Shown here: in pieces, positions 24,673 to 34,427 of the stretch
Layout of the letters: each line of letters opens with the position of its first letter
Position numbering within the stretch: the first letter of the stretch is position 1
Source: a virus
Strand: one strand, 5' to 3'
DNA: 64,000 bases
IMG/VR virus record: IMGVR_UViG_3300038361_000164
Coordinates: 107,086 to 171,085 of that record
Notes under the pieces: generated by a model
Told to the model about the DNA's origin: nothing
What the model saw: only the letters and a program-made list of their open reading frames with translations
Databases searched by the model: none
Position numbers and translations under genes: made by a program

Positions 24673-26409
24673 CTAGTTATTTTTTCTTGTTGACTTTTTT
24701 GTTGAGACCCGATAGAACTTGTGCCTTGTTAGCAACCCTACTCTATCACCCGATCTCGTCAACTTCAAATTCGTCGTTAAGTTTCTATGCTCTACAACTT
24801 TTCCTGCTGTACTGCCATCTTTTGGAAGAAGGGTTAGTTTGCCGTCTTCATGGAGATATACAAAAGGTGAGCTCTTTTTTTGCAGAGACACAAAGTTTAG
24901 TATTGATACCGTCGTAGGTTTAATTTGTACGTCCGTGGCATCATTTACATTCATATATAATACATATTCTTCAATACCGGTCTTCTTATTCATTGTTCGG
25001 AGCATACAAATACCATTTTCGTACTTAGCATCTAATACTCGTCTATCCGTCAAATGTTCCGATATGAATGTTTTAATTATGTTATTTTTTTGGGGAAAAT
25101 ACAGATAATGTTTTTGTCCTATAAGTGAGTACAACATTCCATCAAACAGTTGTGTGGCTTGGGCCGCTACGTTTAAAGTTGTAGCCGACGCAACCATTGG
25201 TCCTGTTCTACCTTTGAAAAGTCGCATTAGTTGGAATTTATCATCTGTTTTTATGTATAATCGATTATCTATAATCATAATTTCGTCAGCTTTATATTTA
25301 GTATCAGAAATTGTTGACTGACCTAAGGTTCTTATATGCAAATGTGTGTTTTCAATAAACACTTCATAAGCTTTTTGATCTTGGATCGGGTCAATTAATA
25401 TTCTAGAGTTCTTATTTACTAAATCATATTCTTTTAAAGCTTTTGTGATAAAATCATATTGATATACTTTTTCTTTTGTTTGTAGATAATCATTTTCACT
25501 TGTTCCGTAGTGATGTGTAATAGTATGTGGTAGGGATACTAGCATTTGAACATAGAAGTTTTCGTTAGTAATAACCACCGGTTTGTCTTCAAACGTAAAT
25601 GTGTGTTTGCCGATCATTGGAGGTTCTAATCTTTCTCCCTTTTCAAACATTCTAATATACCATTCTTTGAGGTTGGGAGGAATAATAGCTAAATCTCTTA
25701 CCGCTCCTGGTATTTTAGTGTCTTTGTTGAAAATGGATACGTTCGCTTTCATACGAGCTTCTAGTTGCTTTCTTCCAGCATACTGAGGATGTCTGCCCTT
25801 GTATGGGTGTAATCCTGTAAAAAGTTGACAGGATACTATTCCAAAAGAGAACCAATCTGTAAATTCAGAAAACTTAGAAGAATGATGATCTCTTATGTTG
25901 GGCATAATTACTGTTGCAGGATAACTTGGAGTCTGCCAAGCGTTTACATCAATAAAGTATGGTATCTGATAAGTTTTACTATCTACAAGATAATTCATCT
26001 CGTTGCCGTCAACCATTAATACTTGTTGTGCATGTATATGCTTGATCGTGTGTTGCATTTCTTTTGTTAAAGCTACAATGTTGTCAACTGTGATATTATT
26101 CTTATCCCAAAAACTTGTAATAAATAATCGAGTCAAATACGTGAAATTCTTCACCCTATTTGTTGTGAACCCTATAGGCTTACCATGTCGATCTACTAAC
26201 ATATCTTTTGGAATAAATACATTTTTGTATTTTATTTTCTGTAACTCTCTGATCTTTTCTAATGAAATTACATCGGAGGGATTAATATAAATTTTGAATA
26301 CTTCGTTGCCTTTACCAAATACTCTGCCTTCGCCGCCTTCACCTAATAAATCACTGCTTTCATTTAGTTGAGTCGATTTTCCAGTCCGTTTATTTATTAC
26401 TGTTGGCAT
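24673..26409 (-). CDS. Ser/Thr protein kinase
   Basis: Gly-rich loop LGEGGEGRVF, conserved Lys in VFKIY, catalytic-loop-like VLMVDGNEMN, and kinase subdomain IX TDWFSFGIVSCQLFTGLHPY. Confidence 0.7.
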   Translation of the reverse strand: MPTVINKRTGKSTQLNESSDLLGEGGEGRVFGKGNEVFKIYINPSDVISLEKIRELQKIKYKNVFIPKDMLVDRHGKPIGFTTNRVKNFTYLTRLFITSFWDKNNITVDNIVALTKEMQHTIKHIHAQQVLMVDGNEMNYLVDSKTYQIPYFIDVNAWQTPSYPATVIMPNIRDHHSSKFSEFTDWFSFGIVSCQLFTGLHPYKGRHPQYAGRKQLEARMKANVSIFNKDTKIPGAVRDLAIIPPNLKEWYIRMFEKGERLEPPMIGKHTFTFEDKPVVITNENFYVQMLVSLPHTITHHYGTSENDYLQTKEKVYQYDFITKALKEYDLVNKNSRILIDPIQDQKAYEVFIENTHLHIRTLGQSTISDTKYKADEIMIIDNRLYIKTDDKFQLMRLFKGRTGPMVASATTLNVAAQATQLFDGMLYSLIGQKHYLYFPQKNNIIKTFISEHLTDRRVLDAKYENGICMLRTMNKKTGIEEYVLYMNVNDATDVQIKPTTVSILNFVSLQKKSSPFVYLHEDGKLTLLPKDGSTAGKVVEHRNLTTNLKLTRSGDRVGLLTRHKFYRVSTKKSTRKNN

Positions 26410-26722
26410 CTTTTTTAAATCTTTCTCTTAAGATTAGTAAATCATTTTCTGCCTTACTACGCTCTTCTATTAATAGTCTTTTCTGTTTAGCGACTAATTC
26501 AATTCTTGTGTCTACATCTATTAAATCGAGACTAATTGAGCTCAACTCGGGTCCATCTTTATCTCTTGTTAAAGCTTCTAATCCACAAATAGCACATTCA
26601 TCTGAGTCCATACGTCTGTCGATAGTTTTTATACTCCATGTTATAGACTCTATAGCATTGATTAATTTATTTTGTTCTGCTACTTCTTTAATAATTTGTT
26701 TAAATTCTTTTGAATTATGCAT
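26390..26722 (-). CDS. hypothetical coiled-coil protein
   Basis: Sits between the kinase and phosphatase genes. Confidence 0.4.
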   Translation of the reverse strand: MHNSKEFKQIIKEVAEQNKLINAIESITWSIKTIDRRMDSDECAICGLEALTRDKDGPELSSISLDLIDVDTRIELVAKQKRLLIEERSKAENDLLILRERFKKDANSNK

Positions 26723-27605
26723 CGCTTTTGATCTCCTTTATATTAAGGCTTACAATTGTAAAATCATCTTCAGGAAAGATGTTCTTTTTCTCAAAAAGAG
26801 TAAGCATTCGTTTCATACGTCTTTGCATGAATGGTCCGTCATCTGATTTTAATGCGAGTATTTCGTCAGCTATCTTTGTAACATCAATTTTTTCTAAAGT
26901 AGCTTTGTTTACAAAACTCGACATTCCATCAGTAATAAGGTGCATTCTTTTTACAGATTCGGAAGTACTGAAAATTGTATCAATTGCGCGTTTGTACCCT
27001 GTTCCTGTTCCCAATGTTATCCATATGCCGTTTTCTTTCATGTACCACTTTTGATTTAAAGTACAAGGAGAGGAGAGTTCGTATTTCGAAGTTAAGTATA
27101 TGGGATACATAGGTTTATTTTCATCATATGTCAACTCTTCCAGTATAACGGCTCCTGATGTATATTCTATCAGAATGTATCCATCACCTATATATTTTAA
27201 TGCGTAGCTGGATGTTTTATTATCATAATATATGGCTAGAATTGTAGCTAATAGATCTTCCTTTTGTAGTCCAAGCGCCTCGTTATCTAACAATTCGGTC
27301 AATCCGTCCGTTAGTGCCATTTCAAATGTTCGAGGAAATCTAATAAATTCGTCTATATATTGTGCGGTTTTTAAGTACGTAGTTGCTAGCATACACATCA
27401 TTCTAGATCCGATACTAACTAGTCTTCCACTGGAGCATCCATCTGAGACAACAAGTAGTTTGGCATCTTCTAAAGATTCTACGTATGCGTAATCTTGATT
27501 GATCTTATGGGTGCTTCCTTTCGTACTAAATTTATCTATATTTGTTTGCTTCATAATGTGTTTTGGAAAAAAGGTATTAGAATGGACAGGATTCGATACC
27601 TGCAC
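26715..27605 (-). CDS. PP2C-like Ser/Thr phosphatase (tentative)
   Basis: KINQDYAYVE...LLVVSDGCSSG resembles PP2C motifs 1-2 (NED...V.DGHGG); the true start may be the internal MKQTNIDKF. Confidence 0.45.
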   Translation of the reverse strand: MQVSNPVHSNTFFPKHIMKQTNIDKFSTKGSTHKINQDYAYVESLEDAKLLVVSDGCSSGRLVSIGSRMMCMLATTYLKTAQYIDEFIRFPRTFEMALTDGLTELLDNEALGLQKEDLLATILAIYYDNKTSSYALKYIGDGYILIEYTSGAVILEELTYDENKPMYPIYLTSKYELSSPCTLNQKWYMKENGIWITLGTGTGYKRAIDTIFSTSESVKRMHLITDGMSSFVNKATLEKIDVTKIADEILALKSDDGPFMQRRMKRMLTLFEKKNIFPEDDFTIVSLNIKEIKSDA

Positions 27606-27738
27606 GATGATTTTTTCGAGCTGTACATATTATTTCAATGCTATCATCGAACCACGACGTCAGCTGCCATGGATATTTGCTCTACTATTTGCGGCTATCT
27701 TTCGCCACCATTCTAATACCTTCTTCCTTAATCCTTTC

Positions 27739-28503
27739 TTATATCTCTAAGGAGATACTTACTTGTTGAGATTTTCCACCTGTGAGTAGTGCCTGACTAG
27801 AGGAACTAACACTTCTGGAAATAAACCCAATTATTTTGGCAATGCTCGATTCGTCGGCAGTTTCAATGTCGATAAATTGAACGATTCCACTTTCTTTTTG
27901 AAAGTCTTCTAGTGCTTTGCGATAGGCATTAATGTTAACTCCAATTAGAACTACATTAATTTCTTCCAAAGCTTCCTCATCTGCCATTAACGCATTTACT
28001 GCGTCCTTTACTTCTGAGGCATTTCGAATGATGTGGGAATAGTTTTCAGATCCATCTGTTATTACAAAAATAAGCCCGTTGACGGTAAATTCTTTTTTCC
28101 ATAATTTAGAACCGAAAGCATGCATTGATTTAACAGATTGAAATGTAGCATCATAAAGAGGAGTTCCTCCGCCGCAGCGTGGAACTGGATACTGGCTTTC
28201 ATCAATATCTGCCAATAAGTCATATCCATGGTCTTCGACAATACCATTGCTGTTGAAAGATGTATTTCGAATTAATAGATTATCGACTCTTGGAGACTTT
28301 TTCAGAGCTTTTATAACTTCCTGTTGTATTCGTTGAAGCTCAGTAGCATATCCATATACAGATCCGGAAATGTCTTTTACTATTTCCACAATAGTATACT
28401 GATCCGTTCCTGTCAGCTTTTCCAATTCCACGTGTGAAAACTTAAGGTTTCCAGGTCCTGGTATTTTAAAGCTCTTGTTGTTGTGTGGTGTGTAACGTGG
28501 CAT
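27739..28503 (-). CDS. von Willebrand factor A (vWA) domain protein (TerY-like)
   Basis: MIDAS motif DISGSV, downstream Thr/Asp positions, ~250 aa. Confidence 0.6.
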   Translation of the reverse strand: MPRYTPHNNKSFKIPGPGNLKFSHVELEKLTGTDQYTIVEIVKDISGSVYGYATELQRIQQEVIKALKKSPRVDNLLIRNTSFNSNGIVEDHGYDLLADIDESQYPVPRCGGGTPLYDATFQSVKSMHAFGSKLWKKEFTVNGLIFVITDGSENYSHIIRNASEVKDAVNALMADEEALEEINVVLIGVNINAYRKALEDFQKESGIVQFIDIETADESSIAKIIGFISRSVSSSSQALLTGGKSQQVSISLEI

Positions 28504-28515
28504 ATTATATCCTTT

Positions 28516-29346
28516 CTAAAATAAATCGGGAATGTTTGCAGCGGGAATGACTTGCATACCCTTAGCTTTCATGTTTTTGATAGCTTCGACACCTGCATCT
28601 TCAAAGCCGCCTACTGGAGAGGAAGTTCCCTCAACCAAGTACAGTTTCTTGATGTCCTCTTTAGAGAAGTAGTCGGCTACATCTCCAAGAGTAAACGCCC
28701 AGCAATGACTTAACGCCTCACCTGATGAAAGAATTATATCTACCTCAGGATTAGAGAGCATGTCCAGGAATTTGTTATTAAGATTAGTCGTTTCGTCATC
28801 ATCTCGAATAACTTCAGCTTTTACAGCGGAATAATGCTCTGTGAAAGGATTGTGACCTTTCTGTACGTAATTGACACGTGCATTGTTTTTGACTTCCCAC
28901 TCTTGAAGAGTATCCCAAAGTGGTTTATACACATTGTGACCCCATGATCCGAATAGACAATGGTAAGGCCATATAAATAAACTGAATTTTCCTTGCTCTT
29001 CCAGTTTTTGTGTATACTCTTCTAACCAATCTTGATGTACTGGATGAAACGCTTTCCAAGTTCCATTCATAACCTCGTCATGTGAAATTGCAGTAAATAC
29101 CGGAGGCATGTTACCTTTTTTATCTCTTATAAACATTGGATGAAAAATAGCCAATCTTTGGTGTGTATCCATTGTTACGTGAATATCCTCAAACTCGTGT
29201 CCCCATTTTTGTACTATAGAGGCCACCGTATCCATGTCTTTTGTGGCTCCAGGCACAGGCAAGGCTGAGTCTGGTAAATCCATAAAATCTTGTTGTGGAT
29301 CTATCATAAGATAGTGGATGTTTTTATTTGTTATCTGTTTGTTCAT
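28516..29346 (-). CDS. isochorismatase-family hydrolase (possible nicotinamidase)
   Basis: HYLMIDPQQDF matches the isochorismatase VDMQNDF motif; candidate catalytic Cys in ALSHCWAFT; longer (276 aa) than typical PncA. Confidence 0.45.
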   Translation of the reverse strand: MNKQITNKNIHYLMIDPQQDFMDLPDSALPVPGATKDMDTVASIVQKWGHEFEDIHVTMDTHQRLAIFHPMFIRDKKGNMPPVFTAISHDEVMNGTWKAFHPVHQDWLEEYTQKLEEQGKFSLFIWPYHCLFGSWGHNVYKPLWDTLQEWEVKNNARVNYVQKGHNPFTEHYSAVKAEVIRDDDETTNLNNKFLDMLSNPEVDIILSSGEALSHCWAFTLGDVADYFSKEDIKKLYLVEGTSSPVGGFEDAGVEAIKNMKAKGMQVIPAANIPDLF

Positions 29347-29347
29347 T

Positions 29348-29905
29348 TTATTCCTTTTCTTGTTTTCTTAAGTCACCCGGATTGGGTTGATGTACTTGAA
29401 TGCCTACTTCGTTTCTCCACATGTCGACAACCTCATTGTCATCTTCATATACTAAAAAGGCATCATATTTTCCTTTTACATGTTGTTCATATAATTCTTT
29501 TTTAATTACAGCACTACTTCTGTGATCATTAGTTGCTCGCATAATTAAATTTCCAGTCCATAAATTATATTTATCTATATAATCTTGTGTAAGTTCATAG
29601 AACTCACATCCACGCATAGTCATGTAAATAATATCTTTACCTGCCTGTTTCCAAAGAGATAATAGTACCATTAGTTGTATATTTGGTAAATCCAAATCAC
29701 ATTCTGACGGGTCAAATGGATCCCTATTACCTGGGTGAAATAAGGTTCCATCCAAATCGCAGATGATTGCTATAGGAAGTTTATGATTTCTTTTCCATTG
29801 GGGCCATATCTCTGGATATGTGTGTAAGAATTCATTTGGGGGTGTTATTGTAATATAGGGCTTGGGTTTTTGCACCCAGTCTATTATAGCTTTAAAGTTG
29901 AACAT
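29348..29905 (-). CDS. HAD-superfamily phosphatase
   Basis: Motif I IAIICDLDGTL. Confidence 0.5.
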   Translation of the reverse strand: MFNFKAIIDWVQKPKPYITITPPNEFLHTYPEIWPQWKRNHKLPIAIICDLDGTLFHPGNRDPFDPSECDLDLPNIQLMVLLSLWKQAGKDIIYMTMRGCEFYELTQDYIDKYNLWTGNLIMRATNDHRSSAVIKKELYEQHVKGKYDAFLVYEDDNEVVDMWRNEVGIQVHQPNPGDLRKQEKE

Positions 29906-30404
29906 AAATTTTTAGTACCTTGATTTTAGCTCTAATAGCTGTTAAGTATTTCTGTGCTTGTGGGCCGTTCCAACTGTATCCCGCATTGTATGATCTAACG
30001 ATCTTTGACCAATTATTGTTATGCACTCGTTGCCAATCTAACAATTCGTCTAACGCTTCTCTACAGCTTAAGGTGTGGCTATCTATCAGCATCTGAGCCA
30101 CCCGGTTTCTATTGAAAGGAGTATTAGTTATTTCATCCTTGTGTCTGCTCATATAAGTCATAATGCTTATACCATGCGCTCCAGCTGAGGGATCCTGTAA
30201 GTTGATTTTATACTTACCTGCTACAGATTCTTGCCATTCGATTGCTGCCAAGGTATACCCCAAATCAGCGGGATATCCAAATTCATACGAAGCTCGCAAT
30301 GATTCTTTTTGTTCGTCTGTAAAACTTCGATATTCTTTAATTAAAGACTCATATGTTCCAGCTGTTAGGTTAGCAAATAATATAGCTATTATTAATAATC
30401 GCAT
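29892..30404 (-). CDS. secreted lytic transglycosylase (SLT-domain) protein
   Basis: Signal peptide, then AAIEWQESVAG...SAGAHGISIMTY resembling the SLT catalytic Glu-Ser and GLMQ region. Confidence 0.45.
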   Translation of the reverse strand: MRLLIIAILFANLTAGTYESLIKEYRSFTDEQKESLRASYEFGYPADLGYTLAAIEWQESVAGKYKINLQDPSAGAHGISIMTYMSRHKDEITNTPFNRNRVAQMLIDSHTLSCREALDELLDWQRVHNNNWSKIVRSYNAGYSWNGPQAQKYLTAIRAKIKVLKIYVQL

Positions 30405-30488
30405 TAATACTCCTGATTTGTTTATTGAAAAGAAAAAGGCACTCTTTTCACGGAGTGCCTTTTTGCCTATTTATTCTATTTTTGTAGC

Positions 30489-31343
30489 TTAATAAGTATT
30501 TATATATCTAGTTCCACAAGTAGGACAATGTTTCCATGTGGCCACTTTCTTTCTTGTTCCACATCCTGTGCAGTTCTGTGGTGGGTTTTTAACATACTTA
30601 TGAATTTCACTTTTTGGAAGTATTTTAAAGTTGAATGTTTGATAAATGATCCAGTTAGTATTATCGTTTACACTTTGGAATCGTTGATCGGAGTTGCCTC
30701 CGGCTTCTATTCTGCCTGTTTTAACTGATAAGTCTTGTAAGTCTTCCATTGCGTCGTTAGTATATTCAATATCTCCTTCAACATTTAAGTGAGCCTCAGG
30801 ACTTGTTGTACCGAGTCCTACATTACCCGCGCTGTTTATAGATATATTATCACCATCATATGAGCAGTTAGAAGTATAACACATCATATCACCATAGGAT
30901 GGTTTCGGTGGTGTGAAAGATCTAAGATTCATATCTCGATTGTGCATACTACCTGTGAAATTCCATGGTATATCTTTTATTAATTGAACTGTAGAAGATT
31001 CTGGTTCATACACTGTAATTTTAATGTTTCCGTTTTCTTGGATAGCTCTCTGTGTATGTATATCTCCATCTACTCGATAAGTATCGAATACAAATAGTTT
31101 TCCCGATTGAGGGTCGTTGCCATAGAAAGACTCTAAAAAGAGTTTTTCACCTGGACGAAATAATAGTTTTGTACCATACCCAATCTTTTCTCCATTTAAG
31201 GATACTGTAGCAGCCATTTTTCTTTTGGAATTGTTTTTTAGGAAAATTTCAAAATTTGAGCCATCATCTAAAAAGACTCGGTCTGTGTTGTTTTGTTTGT
31301 AAATAGGTAGTTCTTGTTTGGCGTGTGTGATTTTTGCAATCAT
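30489..31343 (-). CDS. hypothetical protein with tail-fibre-like GNVGLGTTSP motif and C-terminal zinc ribbon
   Basis: SAGNVGLGTTSPEAHLNV; CTGCGTRKKVATWKHCPTCGTRY. Confidence 0.4.
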   Translation of the reverse strand: MIAKITHAKQELPIYKQNNTDRVFLDDGSNFEIFLKNNSKRKMAATVSLNGEKIGYGTKLLFRPGEKLFLESFYGNDPQSGKLFVFDTYRVDGDIHTQRAIQENGNIKITVYEPESSTVQLIKDIPWNFTGSMHNRDMNLRSFTPPKPSYGDMMCYTSNCSYDGDNISINSAGNVGLGTTSPEAHLNVEGDIEYTNDAMEDLQDLSVKTGRIEAGGNSDQRFQSVNDNTNWIIYQTFNFKILPKSEIHKYVKNPPQNCTGCGTRKKVATWKHCPTCGTRYINTY

Positions 31344-31523
31344 GATTAAACTCCGTTTGTTATTATTGCCTTACTAATTCGTATGCCTTAACAGACACGT
31401 ACTCAAATGTTCTTTAACACTTAGCATGACAATGAGCTTATTTTTAATATATAAATATATGTATCAAAAGTCAATAGGCACCTTGCGCAATGCAAGGTAC
31501 CTATAATTCTTTCGTACTTTTCG

Positions 31524-32474
31524 TTAGTTATCTAAATATCGCAGAAACGAATGTTTCGTTGATAAAATAAATTCCTGTCCAGAAAGCGTGTTTTCATAAA
31601 GCTCTAATGACTTTAAGAAAGCATAAAAATCTGGATTTTGTTCGTAGGATTCGGCATAGATTTTTGTTGCACTTGCGTTTGCCGCTCCTGTGATGTCTTT
31701 TGCGTTTTTGTATGCTTCAGACAATATTTCTTTCTCATCTCTGTCAATAAGACTTCGAATAGCGGTATTTTGTCCCTGGCCTTCAGCACGATATTTCTCA
31801 GCAATTCGATTCTGTTCAGAAATCATCCTTTTGAAAACACTAGGCTGCAGTGACGCTACATACGAGGTTCTTTTAATTTCCAGATTGACAAGTTCTATAC
31901 CAAGATCAAGAGTTGTTAACATCGTGTTGACTTTTTCAAATATCTCGTCACGAATTACACCACGTGCTCCTTTAGCTTGAACCGTTCCTTTGGAATCCAT
32001 CATAGTTGCGTCTTCGGTTTCCTCTGAATTCAACAGCATCTGTCTGTCGGAGTTTCTCACCACTTCTCCCAATGATCTGGAAGATACCACATTAATATTC
32101 GCTCCTTTGATAACTTCACTTAGTTTTGCCAATGTTCGTTGCTCGGTTCTAAGTGCTTTGTAGTATCTTTTTGGATTTGTGATCTTATATCTTGCAAAGG
32201 TATCTACTAATATCACTTTATTGTCTGCAGTTGGGATTTGTGTTGGTGGTCCGTCCCACTCAAGCTTTCTTTTTTCCATTACTTCAAAGCTTTGTATGAA
32301 AGGCAATTTCCAATGAAATCCTGCAGTATCTACTTGTCTGATAACCTTACCAAACTGTAATATAACACCTTGTTCCGTTTCCAGCACTGTGAATGCTCCG
32401 GTATACGCGACAGTAAGGGCAAGAAATCCGATAATTGTAATAATGATTTTCTTTAACATTTTATCTTCCTCCAT
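31524..32474 (-). CDS. hflC: HflC-like SPFH/band-7 protein
   Basis: N-terminal TM then TVLETEQGVILQFGKV...HWKLPFIQSFEV, matching the HflC VV.RFGKV...GLHFKIPFIE region. Confidence 0.7.
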   Translation of the reverse strand: MEEDKMLKKIIITIIGFLALTVAYTGAFTVLETEQGVILQFGKVIRQVDTAGFHWKLPFIQSFEVMEKRKLEWDGPPTQIPTADNKVILVDTFARYKITNPKRYYKALRTEQRTLAKLSEVIKGANINVVSSRSLGEVVRNSDRQMLLNSEETEDATMMDSKGTVQAKGARGVIRDEIFEKVNTMLTTLDLGIELVNLEIKRTSYVASLQPSVFKRMISEQNRIAEKYRAEGQGQNTAIRSLIDRDEKEILSEAYKNAKDITGAANASATKIYAESYEQNPDFYAFLKSLELYENTLSGQEFILSTKHSFLRYLDN

Positions 32475-33420
32475 CTAAACTTAGGTGTGGTAAAATACTT
32501 TGAAGATCTTCATCAACAACCTTTATTACAGCGCCAGCGAGTATATTATCCATGGCCTCTAAGTATAGTCGTTGCTTTGTTATTTCTGGAGCTTTTAAAT
32601 ACTCCGCTTCTAGTTTCATAAATGCAGCTACGTCACCCTTTGCATTGTTTACCCTTTGAGCAGCATAACCTTTTGCATCATTTATCTTAGCCTTTGCTTG
32701 TCCCTTTACTTCTAGGATAATTTTATTATACTGCTGTCTGGCTTCGTTGATAAGTGTCTCTTGCTCTTGTTTGGCAACATTTACATCATTGTAGGAGGCC
32801 ATAACAGGTTGAGGAGGTAAGGATTCATGTATTTGTACATTGTTTACTTCCAATCCCATATTGTACTTAGTCATGTACTTATACATGTTGTTAGTAGCTT
32901 CAACACTCATTGCAGCTCGATCTCTCTGAGTTGCCTCGTGGAAGGATCTATCTCCCACCAAAGTTCTCATATCCATTTCTGAAAGATCCCGCATAAACTC
33001 TTCTGGTCGCCTAAAATTAAACAAATAGGCAGCTGGATCAGTGATTCGGTATTGAATAACCCATCTTACTTCAGCTATACTTAAATCACCTGTAAGCATC
33101 CATGATTCTTTTGGAATATTGTTTTTAGGACCTTCACTGCGTCGGAGATTGTTTTTACGAAATCCAAACTCTTGTGTGTACTGCTTTTCTACCTTTATCA
33201 GATATGTATCATCTACAAACGGTATTTTGAAATGCAGCCCTGGGTCGGTAGTAGTGAGATACTTACCAAATCTGGTAACTACGGCTTGTTCTTGCGTATC
33301 GACAGTATACGTACCATCTAACACTACCGTTAGTGCAAATAATGCGAATATAACAATTAGAATTGTCTTCTTATACTGTATTAAAAACTGTAACGGTGTT
33401 TCTGGTTGATTGCTATACAT
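32461..33420 (-). CDS. hflK: HflK-like SPFH/band-7 protein
   Basis: TVDTQEQAVVTRFGKYLTTTDPGLHFKIPFVDDTY, and C-terminal APEITKQRLYLEAMDNIL matching E. coli HflK APEITRERLYIETMEKVL. Confidence 0.75.
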   Translation of the reverse strand: MYSNQPETPLQFLIQYKKTILIVIFALFALTVVLDGTYTVDTQEQAVVTRFGKYLTTTDPGLHFKIPFVDDTYLIKVEKQYTQEFGFRKNNLRRSEGPKNNIPKESWMLTGDLSIAEVRWVIQYRITDPAAYLFNFRRPEEFMRDLSEMDMRTLVGDRSFHEATQRDRAAMSVEATNNMYKYMTKYNMGLEVNNVQIHESLPPQPVMASYNDVNVAKQEQETLINEARQQYNKIILEVKGQAKAKINDAKGYAAQRVNNAKGDVAAFMKLEAEYLKAPEITKQRLYLEAMDNILAGAVIKVVDEDLQSILPHLSLDGGR

Positions 33421-33430
33421 TTAGCATCCT

Positions 33431-33643
33431 TTATCTTTTTATTGTTGTTTTCTTGATTGACTCTAGTTTACTTTCTAGTTCTGAAATAACTTCCAGGCTA
33501 AATTTCTTTCGTCTAGCCGTACGAAGTTCTTTTTCAAGTTTTCGTGCTTCTTTTTCCTCTTTGGTGCGTTTTGGTTTTAGTACTAACCATGCACAAAATA
33601 GGAAAATAAGAATACCTAATATTCTTATAAACCATATTCCCAT
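33431..33643 (-). CDS. hypothetical small membrane protein
   Basis: N-terminal TM and Lys/Glu-rich tail. Confidence 0.35.
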   Translation of the reverse strand: MGIWFIRILGILIFLFCAWLVLKPKRTKEEKEARKLEKELRTARRKKFSLEVISELESKLESIKKTTIKR

Positions 33644-33841
33644 TTATGTTTTGACTCCTTTTCCTGTTTCTGTAATGCTTATATTTATATAAACACTAGC
33701 TTTTTGTCCATTTGGCAATGTTACATCCCCTACTAACTCTTCAGCTTCGTTGAATTTTTTATTTTGCATATCTTTTAGTACAGCCTTGCAAGTAGGTCCG
33801 CAAGCTTTTACTATCTGAGATACGTTTTCCGTCTTAATCAT
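33644..33841 (-). CDS. hypothetical small protein
   Basis: Contiguous small ORF. Confidence 0.3.
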   Translation of the reverse strand: MIKTENVSQIVKACGPTCKAVLKDMQNKKFNEAEELVGDVTLPNGQKASVYINISITETGKGVKT

Positions 33842-33917
33842 ATTGAGCCTCTCTTTTTTTGCCTTGTTTATTCATTTAGAGATTGTTCTTTAATCTCTCT
33901 ATTCTTATACCAAAATT

Positions 33918-34424
33918 TTAAAGTTCTACATCGTGTTCCCACGGATGCTGTGTAGCCATTGCGTGGCGTAGTTGTTGTTCCGGAGAATGCGGGGATTGTA
34001 GTTGCTTTACAGTTACATAGCAATTATCTGTTAATATACACCCTGCTATATTGTTTCTCAAGTTTTGTTCCAAAAATCTGCTGGGTTTTATATCAGAAAA
34101 ATATATAGCAAGGTTTTCTACTCCTCTATACCTTGACTCTGATTCTGTATAAGCTATAATATTAGATTTTAGTACGTTTTGAGGAATTGATGAATATTCG
34201 CTGTGTATTAGTCTTTGTTGGACCGCCGTCATGTCACTGTTTAAACACACTATAAAAATCTCGTTCCAGGGTCCTCGTGCAAAGATTTTCCTCAATGCAC
34301 GAGATTTCCCAATACCTCTGTTCGTATAAAACGTTCCGCCTGGATGTGAGTCGAGCCATTTAATTATAATGTCTGCGTTCAGCTCAACTTGTTCTTCCCA
34401 ACTAATAGGTTTCTTATTCTTCAT
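33918..34424 (-). CDS. hypothetical protein
   Basis: 168-aa ORF. Confidence 0.4.
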   Translation of the reverse strand: MKNKKPISWEEQVELNADIIIKWLDSHPGGTFYTNRGIGKSRALRKIFARGPWNEIFIVCLNSDMTAVQQRLIHSEYSSIPQNVLKSNIIAYTESESRYRGVENLAIYFSDIKPSRFLEQNLRNNIAGCILTDNCYVTVKQLQSPHSPEQQLRHAMATQHPWEHDVEL

Positions 34425-34427
34425 TAA

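Noticed and set aside
27575-27665. T-loop-like GGATTCGATACC and CATCGAACC motifs near 27590 and 27640
   Set aside because: No matching acceptor stem or cloverleaf; they fall in the 5' region and leader of the PP2C-like gene, so are probably chance matches.
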